A DNA stretch of 64,000 bases from a virus, in IMG/VR virus record IMGVR_UViG_3300034418_006582, positions 1 to 64,000 of that record. One strand, 5' to 3'. Under the pieces are notes generated by a model. That model ran no database searches. It saw only the letters and a program-made list of their open reading frames with translations, and was not told the DNA's origin. Numbering within the stretch: the first letter of the stretch is position 1; each line of letters opens with the position of its first letter. Made by a program: the position numbers and the translations under genes. Shown here one piece after another: positions 19,853 through 27,455 of the stretch.

Positions 19853-20110
19853 TCATAATCTCCTCTCTTTTAATCGTTTTACTATTTCCTCGTATCTTTC
19901 ATGGTTTAAACCAACTTCATGATCTTCTAATTCTTTAGCACCAACTTCATCATTCCATTCATAAAGGGCATCTAATAGATTTTCATAAATATTTGGTCTT
20001 CTATATCTTGTGATAATTTTGGTTAACATGTCGAAGATCATCCCCAACATGAAACCAAAACCAAACATCAAAATTAAACCGTTAACAGATAGCATGTTTA
20101 TATCTCCCAA
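19853..20110 (-). CDS. Small membrane protein
   Basis: TM segment GLILMFGFGFMLGMIF. Confidence 0.65.
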   Translation of the reverse strand: MGDINMLSVNGLILMFGFGFMLGMIFDMLTKIITRYRRPNIYENLLDALYEWNDEVGAKELEDHEVGLNHERYEEIVKRLKERRL

Positions 20111-20442
20111 TTTTGTCTAATATCTTCTTTTTCTTTACCTTTTGCACTATCCCAAGAATTAAAGATCTCCAGTTCTTTCTCACTTAATAACTCAAGGGCA
20201 AACGATAAAGATTCTTTTATTGTTTCTATTTCTTTAGAAAATTTATTTAATTGATTTCCTAAATACTTAGCGCCATTATAAAATCCTGCGTCATACTCAT
20301 TTGTTGAATCACAATCCATCACATACTCGAGTACTTCATCAAAATTTCTTAAACCCATTCCACTTAAATCGGTAAAATTTTCACCTTCAAAATCTTCTCT
20401 AATTTCTTGAATTAGTTCTTCGATCTTCTCGTTTAATGTCAT
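20098..20442 (-). CDS. Hypothetical acidic protein
   Basis: GGAGG RBS; coupled ORF. Confidence 0.7.
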   Translation of the reverse strand: MTLNEKIEELIQEIREDFEGENFTDLSGMGLRNFDEVLEYVMDCDSTNEYDAGFYNGAKYLGNQLNKFSKEIETIKESLSFALELLSEKELEIFNSWDSAKGKEKEDIRQNWEI

Positions 20443-20595
20443 TCTTCCTCCCCTATAACTATAGTATCAGTTTCCGATTCACAATTATGGCAGTACTCCT
20501 CCCCAGCACCGTCTATAATTGTGTCATCGTTTAAATTTTGCCATATATCCGTATAAACATCTTTCGAGCCACACCCACTGCAAACATACGGCATT

Positions 20596-20862
20596 TTATT
20601 GTCTATCTTTCTTTAATTTGATTTCATTAATAATACTTTTGCTACCGTTCCACGCTCCAGTTGTTATTAATTCAACTTCAAACCCCAAACCCTCTAACCA
20701 ACTATTGATTTCATTTTCAATAGCTGTCGCAATATTAAAGGGATGATCTTCGACTTCATAATCTTCATTGTGTTGAAGATCATGAACTTCTAAATCTACA
20801 TTTTCATCCAGTTTTAAAACTAGCTTATATTCAAAATGTAGGTTATCTAATTTGATTAGCAT
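20596..20862 (-). CDS. Hypothetical early protein
   Basis: Conserved leader AGTAATCGAAAAAGAGG. Confidence 0.7.
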   Translation of the reverse strand: MLIKLDNLHFEYKLVLKLDENVDLEVHDLQHNEDYEVEDHPFNIATAIENEINSWLEGLGFEVELITTGAWNGSKSIINEIKLKKDRQ

Positions 20863-21059
20863 ATTTACCTCTTTTTCGATTACTTATTTAATTATTGATC
20901 AACTTCTGATTTATGTCAACAACCTTTTTAAATTATTTTCCAAACGGTCTAAACGGTCTAATAGTTCTTTATGTTGTAACCTTTTAAAATCAATATAAAG
21001 ATAAATTAAACCAACTAAAGAAGCTAATATCAATAAACTTAAAAGCAATTCTAAAAGAT

Positions 21060-21251
21060 TCATTGATGGAGACCACTTCGACAAAATGCCACTTTATAAT
21101 TAAACTTGCCCTCTATTGAGATCTCCAATTCATAAGAACATATTGGGCAATATTCAGCAAAGAGATTTATATCTTTTCTAGTTCTATTTTTAACTTGCTT
21201 ATTTCCTACTCTTTTTCGGTCAATAAGTCTTTTAATGTTTCTCATCATCAT
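21060..21251 (-). CDS. Small zinc-ribbon protein
   Basis: CPIC..CRSGLH. Confidence 0.45.
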   Translation of the reverse strand: MMMRNIKRLIDRKRVGNKQVKNRTRKDINLFAEYCPICSYELEISIEGKFNYKVAFCRSGLHQ

Positions 21252-21475
21252 TAGTTACTAGTGACAAGTTATTAAAAATTTGACCATTTTTTAAAAAAAA
21301 GAATTAGATCATGTGAATTAAAAAAGTAAACAAAAAAAACGAGATTGAAAATGAGTCTTAATGATGAGTTTTTTATAGGATCATAGGAAATGCTGTCAGA
21401 TTATTAAGAGCTAAAAAAAGACAATAAAAAAAGTGGGGTATGAAACCCCACTTTAAAAATAAATTAAATTATTTT

Positions 21476-21850
21476 TTAAATTAACTTTGATTGATCATCT
21501 AAGAAACAACTATTTAAAAAACCGATCATTAATCTTTGATCCGTCTTAGTAGTTGCAACATTAACAAACGGCATAAACCAATCTTGATATTGAGCCTGAA
21601 TATCTTTAATCAAACCATTTTCATCAGTTGACCAGATCCAGCGATAAGCACCACCACCCCACGAGATCAAAATGCCCTCGATATAACCAGCCTTTACATC
21701 TTGTCTAGTTAATCTAGTGTGATCAAGTTTTTCCAAAGCGTACCATTTACCGTTTTCTTTTATTTCTTTTGCTAATTCTTTCAAATAACTTTTGTGGTAT
21801 TTGGTTCCCTCAACATGTAATTTTTCTAGTGTTTCAGCCATTATTTCCAC
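21476..21850 (-). CDS. Hypothetical early protein
   Basis: LISWGGG..YQDWF motif. Confidence 0.75.
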   Translation of the reverse strand: MEIMAETLEKLHVEGTKYHKSYLKELAKEIKENGKWYALEKLDHTRLTRQDVKAGYIEGILISWGGGAYRWIWSTDENGLIKDIQAQYQDWFMPFVNVATTKTDQRLMIGFLNSCFLDDQSKLI

Positions 21851-22191
21851 CCCCTAAATGTGCTATAACTTTGCCAAAATTCAGTAGTTAGATCGATTAA
21901 TATTTTTCCATTTTCATCAAAAATATTTGTTTCTAACATTGAATTTAAAACTTCAGAAAAATTATTTTTTGACAATAATTCTTTAGCAAGTTTCTTGTTT
22001 TTATTTGCTTGAATATGTGAAAACATTAACGCAACTATTTCATGTGTTGCGCCATATTTTTCCATAAGATCCAAAGTCATATTTATATAGTGCTTAAAAG
22101 TTATATCCTTGTTTTTAAATTTACTTTCAATAACATAAAGCTGGTACAGTCTGACTTGATCGCCAGTCAAACCAATATTTAATTCAGTCAT
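21841..22191 (-). CDS. Hypothetical early protein
   Basis: AAGGA RBS; coupled ORF. Confidence 0.7.
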   Translation of the reverse strand: MTELNIGLTGDQVRLYQLYVIESKFKNKDITFKHYINMTLDLMEKYGATHEIVALMFSHIQANKNKKLAKELLSKNNFSEVLNSMLETNIFDENGKILIDLTTEFWQSYSTFRGWK

Positions 22192-22192
22192 T

Positions 22193-22336
22193 TTAATTAT
22201 TTCCTTTCAAATAATATTTCTTGTTTAATCTGTCTATTAATCTTTCAAAAAGATAATTAGACAGAAAGCCTAAAGCAAAACAACCCAAAACAATAATTAA
22301 ATATTCAGTTGGGTTTAAAGTGATTGTATCAACCAT
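22193..22336 (-). CDS. Small membrane protein (47 aa, not in ORF track)
   Basis: MVDTITLNPTEYLIIVLGCFALGFLSNYLFERL.. directly after the conserved leader. Confidence 0.65.
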   Translation of the reverse strand: MVDTITLNPTEYLIIVLGCFALGFLSNYLFERLIDRLNKKYYLKGNN

Positions 22337-22634
22337 TTTTTCCTCTTTCTTTTTCGATTACTAATTTTAATATTAATCGCATATCAGAGTTATGCAAATC
22401 AAAAAAATGTTTTTTTATGTATGATTGCTGATCGGTGGAACCTTAGCCCCACCGATTATTTATTTAATGTTTATTAATAGGGGGTAGGGGTACTTTCAAA
22501 ATCGCGATTGAATATTTGTGTGCTGTGAATAAGCACTGCGCAAATTTTTTTCAAATTTTTCAAAGCCTATCTCTGATAGGCAGGTTTGTTAAAAACCTGT
22601 TGTCGTTACATTGAGTCTTTGCTATTATTGATCT

Positions 22635-22743
22635 GTAAGCTAATAGAAAGAAGTTGTTGATTGGACACTGGCAACTTGGTTTTCTTTAGAATTACGAAGC
22701 AGGACAGTATAAAGGGGTAGAGCAATCTGCCCCTTTATTATTT
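22635..22743 (+). ncRNA. Candidate small RNA A
   Basis: TTGTCG-17-TATTAT promoter with extended -10; long irregular hairpin; terminator; no ORF. Confidence 0.5.
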
Positions 22744-22777
22744 CCTAAAGCTCTTAGATCTACTAGTAGAATAGAAG

Positions 22778-22843
22778 TATCTTGCGACTTGGCTAGGTCT
22801 AGGGGTTTCGCCTCCTTTACCCTGGATCTAGCCACCCTTTTTT
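22778..22843 (+). ncRNA. Candidate small RNA B (anti-SD loop)
   Basis: 15-bp stem at 22790-22834 with loop containing CCTCCTTT, followed by T-tract. Confidence 0.5.
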
Positions 22844-22864
22844 AATTTGTGCTATACTTTTTAT

Positions 22865-22946
22865 TAGACATTGGGAAGTCCTTTCTCACTGGCTAGGTGT
22901 AATTTATATTGAAAGAGGAGCTGAAGACTCCTCTTTCTTTTTTTTT
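22865..22946 (+). ncRNA. Candidate small RNA C
   Basis: Extended -10 TGCTATACT; strong terminator GAAAGAGGAG..CTCCTCTTTC plus T-tract; no ORF. Confidence 0.4.
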
Positions 22947-22985
22947 CTAGAAAAACTTAAAAAACTCTTACAGTCTTATTTATAT

Positions 22986-23192
22986 ATGAAGAAATTAATA
23001 AAACTACTACTGAAGATCCATAAGAAGAAAGTAATTATAGGTTGCGCTTGTACACATAGGTGTAGTGAGTGCGATGAGTTAATAATGGCTCATAAACCAT
23101 ACCAGATCACCTTTATAAGCCTCTCAGAGAGACTTTCTGGTCATCATGGGACAATTACCTGTAGAGAGTGTGTGGTGGCTCTGAAGTCATAA
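22986..23192 (+). CDS. Small zinc-finger protein
   Basis: CSEC..CREC. Confidence 0.5.
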   Translation: MKKLIKLLLKIHKKKVIIGCACTHRCSECDELIMAHKPYQITFISLSERLSGHHGTITCRECVVALKS

Positions 23193-23451
23193 CTAGCCTT
23201 TCCTTACCAGCCTCTCTCAACTTCCTAACTTCCTAACTCCCTATCTATGTCAGGAAATAGGTGTTTTTGATACCTCCACAGCGCAATTCATAATGATATA
23301 GTATGAGTTCGGATATAGGCACCAGAAATCCAAATATAAATTAGATCCGAGAGAACAAGATCAGAGCAAAATTCGAGAGAAATACGAGATATATAGCAGA
23401 TATTGATCCAGATACGCTAGATCCGAGTATTTATCTATACAATAAGGGTAT

Positions 23452-23970
23452 ATGAGTGATGAAATAGAAATTATTGACTCGGTTGATGAAATTGATCGCA
23501 GCGGGAATACAGATATAGCTGTTGCGGATCAAGAGGATTTCGATATAGAGATTGTTGGTAGGCCAAGCAAATTAACCGATGACACAGTAAGGAAATTATC
23601 CTCTGGCTTGAAAATGGGTTTAAGTCAGAAAAAAGCAGCAGATTTTGCTGGAATATCAGAAACTACTTTTTATAGGTGGCAAAGAGAGTTCCAGAAGATC
23701 GATAAGGCTTGTTTAGGTAACCCAGATCGTATAAATAACGCTGATGATCTCAATTTATGGGAGTTTTGGCAGTCCTTAAAAAAGGCAAAGATCGAGGGCG
23801 AGCTTTCCCATATAGCTGTAATCACAGAGGCAGCGAATAATGGAGTATGGCAGGCTAGTGCTTGGTTCTTAGAGCGATCTAATCCACAAGATTGGGGTAA
23901 AGACAAGCGAGAACTTGAAGCTCATTCAGAGGGTAAGACAATAGAATTTAATATTAAATACAGTTCATAA
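23452..23970 (+). CDS. Terminase small subunit-like HTH protein
   Basis: GRPSKLT..AADFAGISETTFYRW..WQASAWFLER..WG. Confidence 0.75.
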   Translation: MSDEIEIIDSVDEIDRSGNTDIAVADQEDFDIEIVGRPSKLTDDTVRKLSSGLKMGLSQKKAADFAGISETTFYRWQREFQKIDKACLGNPDRINNADDLNLWEFWQSLKKAKIEGELSHIAVITEAANNGVWQASAWFLERSNPQDWGKDKRELEAHSEGKTIEFNIKYSS

Positions 23971-24003
23971 GTTTTCCGATATCGGAAAAGTGTTACACAA
24001 GAC

Positions 24004-24104
24004 AAAAACCCTCCATTGCTGGAGGGCTTGTTGCCAGTAATACGAAAAAAAGGAGTCGTCCTGTGGTCTAGAAAGACCGAAGAGGACTCTTTTGATTCAG
24101 TACT
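24004..24104 (-). ncRNA. Candidate antisense sRNA complementary to the shared early leader/RBS
   Basis: TATGGT -10 then AGTA start; 5' hairpin; CTCCTTTTTTTCGTATTACTGG; terminator CCCTCCA-GCAA-TGGAGGG-TTTTT. Confidence 0.6.
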
Positions 24105-24153
24105 TATTTAACCATAAGTAGATTTATATGCAACAATATATTAAAATATTTTT

Positions 24154-24699
24154 ATGACGGTAATACCTTTTCCTGATAAAAAATACAACATTATTTACGC
24201 AGATCCTCCCTGGTCATTTAAGAACTTTAGTAAAAAAGGCGAGGGTAGAAATCCTAATCAGCATTATGCAACACAAGATCTGAACTGGATCAAGTCTTTA
24301 CCTGTAAATGACATAGCTGATAAAGATTGTGTTTTATTTTTATGGGTAGTGAACCACTCTTTACCACAGGCATTTGAAGTTATTGAAAGCTGGGGGTTTA
24401 CTTACAAGACAGTAGCTTTCAACTGGGTTAAAAAAAATATGAAATCTGAGGGATTTTTCACTGGTTTAGGATATTGGACAAGAGGAAATCCAGAAATATG
24501 TTTATTAGCAACAAAAGGTAAACCAAGTAGAGTTTCTAAAGCTGTGAAAGAATTAGTAATAGAGCCTAGATCTAAACACAGCAAAAAACCAGACAGAATT
24601 AGAGATGATATTATTGACTTGTGTGGTGATCTCCCTAGAATTGAATTGTTTGCAAGGAATACGACTAAAGGATGGGATGTATGGGGGAATCAGATTTAA
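24154..24699 (+). CDS. MT-A70 family adenine methyltransferase
   Basis: IIYADPPW, LFLW, HSKKP and RIELFAR..GWDVWGN motifs. Confidence 0.93.
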   Translation: MTVIPFPDKKYNIIYADPPWSFKNFSKKGEGRNPNQHYATQDLNWIKSLPVNDIADKDCVLFLWVVNHSLPQAFEVIESWGFTYKTVAFNWVKKNMKSEGFFTGLGYWTRGNPEICLLATKGKPSRVSKAVKELVIEPRSKHSKKPDRIRDDIIDLCGDLPRIELFARNTTKGWDVWGNQI

Positions 24700-25229
24700 T
24701 ACCTTTTCCAGAGAAAAAATATAATATTATTTATGCCGATCCACCGTGGTCTTATGATTCAGGTTTTCTTAAAAGAAATTGGGACGGTAAGTACAATCAG
24801 ATGAAACCACAGGAGATCTATGATCTACCAGTGCAAGATATAGCAGACGATAATTGTATTTTGTTTATGTGGATCACTTATCCTAAATTACTTATAGGTT
24901 TACAAGCTATGGAAAGTTGGGGATTCAAGTATCGCAGTGCAGCATTTACTTGGGTTAAAAGGAATAAGAAAGCAGACACTTGGTTTTGGGGTATGGGACA
25001 TTGGACTAGAGCTAATGCTGAGGTCTGCTTTCTAGGTGTAAAAGGAAAACCTCAAAGAGAAAGTGCTAGTGTTCACTCAATCGTTGATGAAAGAATACAA
25101 GAACACTCAAAAAAACCAGATGTAGTTAGAAATAAAATTGTAGAGCTTTGTGGAGATCTACCTCGTATAGAATTATTTGCAAGACAAAAAGTAGAGGGTT
25201 GGGATAGTTGGGGAAATGAAATTATTTAA
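24672..25229 (+). CDS. MT-A70 family adenine methyltransferase
   Basis: IIYADPPW, HSKKP and RIELFAR motifs; tandem paralog. Confidence 0.93.
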   Translation: MGCMGESDLIPFPEKKYNIIYADPPWSYDSGFLKRNWDGKYNQMKPQEIYDLPVQDIADDNCILFMWITYPKLLIGLQAMESWGFKYRSAAFTWVKRNKKADTWFWGMGHWTRANAEVCFLGVKGKPQRESASVHSIVDERIQEHSKKPDVVRNKIVELCGDLPRIELFARQKVEGWDSWGNEII

Positions 25230-25905
25230 TGGTGATTGTTTAGAAGTTATGAAAGAGTTACCAGATAACTCTATTGATTTAATTGTTACAAGTCCACCTT
25301 ATGAAGATATTTCTGGTGCAGGATATCAAGCTAGTAACAAAGATATTCTATTTTTAAAGCTGTACTCAGAATTTATAGATCAAGTCTTTGAACAATACGC
25401 CAGGATCTTAAAACCTAACGGCCAGTTGTTTTTTAATATTAAAAGCAAAACAGCGCAAAAAAAATTAAGGACACCTCATTGGTTAGAATTTACAAATGCT
25501 TTTCAACAGCTTGATTTCAAAAGTTACATTATTTGGAAATATGCTGGTAGCTTTGATAGTTCCAAAGCTAGATTCCATTTAGATTACGAAATTATATATC
25601 ACCTTGCAAAAGGAGATGATATTTATTTAAACAGTGATTGTGGTATAGATGATCCATTAACTTCTGTATGGTATGTACCACACAATATACCAAAAGCAGA
25701 AAGAATACACCCTACACAAATGCCATTAGCTCTGGCAGACAGAATATTAAAAATTGCCTCAAAACCAAACGATGTTGTTTTAGATAATTTTATGGGAAGT
25801 GGAACTACTGGTGTCGCTTGTATAAAAAACAATGTAGATTTTATTGGAATTGAATTAAACAACGATAATTACAAATTAGCAAAGGAGAGAATTGAAGCTA
25901 TTTAA
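25216..25905 (+). CDS. DNA methyltransferase (beta class)
   Basis: TSPPY, HPTQMP and VLDNFMGSGTTG motifs. Confidence 0.93.
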   Translation: MKLFNGDCLEVMKELPDNSIDLIVTSPPYEDISGAGYQASNKDILFLKLYSEFIDQVFEQYARILKPNGQLFFNIKSKTAQKKLRTPHWLEFTNAFQQLDFKSYIIWKYAGSFDSSKARFHLDYEIIYHLAKGDDIYLNSDCGIDDPLTSVWYVPHNIPKAERIHPTQMPLALADRILKIASKPNDVVLDNFMGSGTTGVACIKNNVDFIGIELNNDNYKLAKERIEAI

Positions 25906-26815
25906 TGGCGATTGTTTAGAGTTTATGGAAACTTTAGATCATTCTTCTGTTGATCTTATCTTATGTGATCTTCCCTATGGATTAATGAAAGATATAGGCA
26001 AAGATGATGGTAGATACACTAATGGTATGCTTGGAAAGTTTGATTGGGACAGCTCAATAGATTTAGACAAGTTTTTTCTGATGTCGGAAAGATTACTAAG
26101 GGAATCAGGTAGATTAATACTTTTTGGAGTACAACCGTTTACAACAAACCTTATAAATCATAGTTCTTATAATTTAAACTTTTCTTACACAATGATCTGG
26201 GAAAAGGATCACTTTGCAAACGCTTTTCAGGCTAAGAGAGCGCCTCTTAACTATTTTGAAGATATTATTGTTTTTACAAAAAGATACGACACCATGAACA
26301 ATAATCCATTGCGACAATATTTTTCTTGGTTACAAAAACATATAGGTTGGAGTAAAGCAAAATTAATTTTAGAATTTGGACAAAGAATAGACCATACCTT
26401 TAGAACAGAAAGCACACAGTTCAAATTATGCACCGAAGAGGCTTATAACGATCTCATTGAAAGATTCAACCTTGAAAATAACGAAAAATTTATTCCTTAT
26501 AAAGAATTAAAAAAAATAAACAACAAGCATTTACAAACATTTAATTTAAAAAAAGGCGAAAAAATAAAAAGCAACATATTGAAATATCCTAGAGATGAGG
26601 AAAAAATACACCCAACACAGAAACCTGTTGATCTTTTAAAGGATATTATTTACAGCTTTACCAACAAAGGAGATCTTGTTGCAGATTTTACAATGGGTAG
26701 TGGCAGTACTGGAGTTGCAGCATTAGAATTAAAAAGAAATTTTATAGGATCCGAGTTAGATCCAGAGTTTTACGAAAAAGCAAAGGAACGAATTGATAAC
26801 ATTATTTCAAGGTGA
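25892..26815 (+). CDS. DNA methyltransferase (beta class) with internal helical insert
   Basis: DLPYG, HPTQKP and DFTMGSGSTG motifs. Confidence 0.92.
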   Translation: MKLFNGDCLEFMETLDHSSVDLILCDLPYGLMKDIGKDDGRYTNGMLGKFDWDSSIDLDKFFLMSERLLRESGRLILFGVQPFTTNLINHSSYNLNFSYTMIWEKDHFANAFQAKRAPLNYFEDIIVFTKRYDTMNNNPLRQYFSWLQKHIGWSKAKLILEFGQRIDHTFRTESTQFKLCTEEAYNDLIERFNLENNEKFIPYKELKKINNKHLQTFNLKKGEKIKSNILKYPRDEEKIHPTQKPVDLLKDIIYSFTNKGDLVADFTMGSGSTGVAALELKRNFIGSELDPEFYEKAKERIDNIISR

Positions 26816-27455
26816 CGCTTTAGAAATATTAAAAGAAATGCAAGATGACTATGTAGATCATGTTTTTACTAGTCCACCATACAATATTGGCAGAAGTAGA
26901 TCTATACAATCAAAAGCAAAAGGTAAATATGAACATTTTGAAGATAGTAATGAAAACTATTTTGATTGGTGTACAAAAATCATTGACCAGCTTTTAAGAG
27001 TTTCTAGTGGGTATGTTTTTTGGAATATACAAGCAAACTCACAAAATAAAAAAGATGTTTTTAAACTAATAGGTCATTATGCAGATATTTTAGAACAAAA
27101 CTTTATTTGGTATAAGCCTAATGCGACACCTAGTTCAAAACAATATTATGTTTCAAATGTAGTTGAATATATTTTATGTTTTTCTAAATCTAAGGTAAAA
27201 GGAAATAAACATTTTTTAAGAAATCATGTTGAAATAAATAAAGGAACTAAGTATATAAAAAACTTAAATGCACAAATGCCTCTTTCTTTAGCTGATCATT
27301 TTATTAAAAATTACACACAAAAGGGCGAAATTGTACTAGATCCTTTCTTAGGTAGTGGAACAACTGGAGTAGTTTGCATGAATAGACAAAGAAGTTTTAT
27401 TGGTATAGAATTAGTACCAGAATATTTAGAAATAGCAAAAGAAAGAATCAAATGA
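26793..27455 (+). CDS. DNA methyltransferase (beta class)
   Basis: TSPPY and VLDPFLGSGTTG motifs. Confidence 0.92.
   Translation: MITLFQGDALEILKEMQDDYVDHVFTSPPYNIGRSRSIQSKAKGKYEHFEDSNENYFDWCTKIIDQLLRVSSGYVFWNIQANSQNKKDVFKLIGHYADILEQNFIWYKPNATPSSKQYYVSNVVEYILCFSKSKVKGNKHFLRNHVEINKGTKYIKNLNAQMPLSLADHFIKNYTQKGEIVLDPFLGSGTTGVVCMNRQRSFIGIELVPEYLEIAKERIK

Larger units (their letters stand above)
11386..21370 (+). repeat. Dispersed bipartite 30-bp motif GATTGAAAAT-N6-TAATGATAAGT, 14 copies
   Basis: Copies start at 11386, 11442, 12218, 12272, 14397, 14451, 15608, 16369, 16423, 18581, 18635, 19627, 19681 and 21341; all intergenic and co-oriented. Confidence 0.93.

Noticed and set aside
11386-21370. 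30-bp motif as a CRISPR array or solitary CRISPR repeats (ATTGAAA resembles repeat 3' ends)
   Set aside because: Conservation lies downstream of ATTGAAA across a variable core; copies are dispersed singles or pairs; no hairpin; no cas genes
11386-21370. 30-bp motif as a sigma70 promoter (TTGAAA ... TAATGA)
   Set aside because: Spacing is only 8 bp, and the real cassette promoters lie elsewhere with 16-17 bp spacers
24036-24072. + strand leader and RBS driving a gene
   Set aside because: No -10 box upstream, only GTG-GTC-TAG follows, and the adjacent terminator has its T-tract on the minus strand
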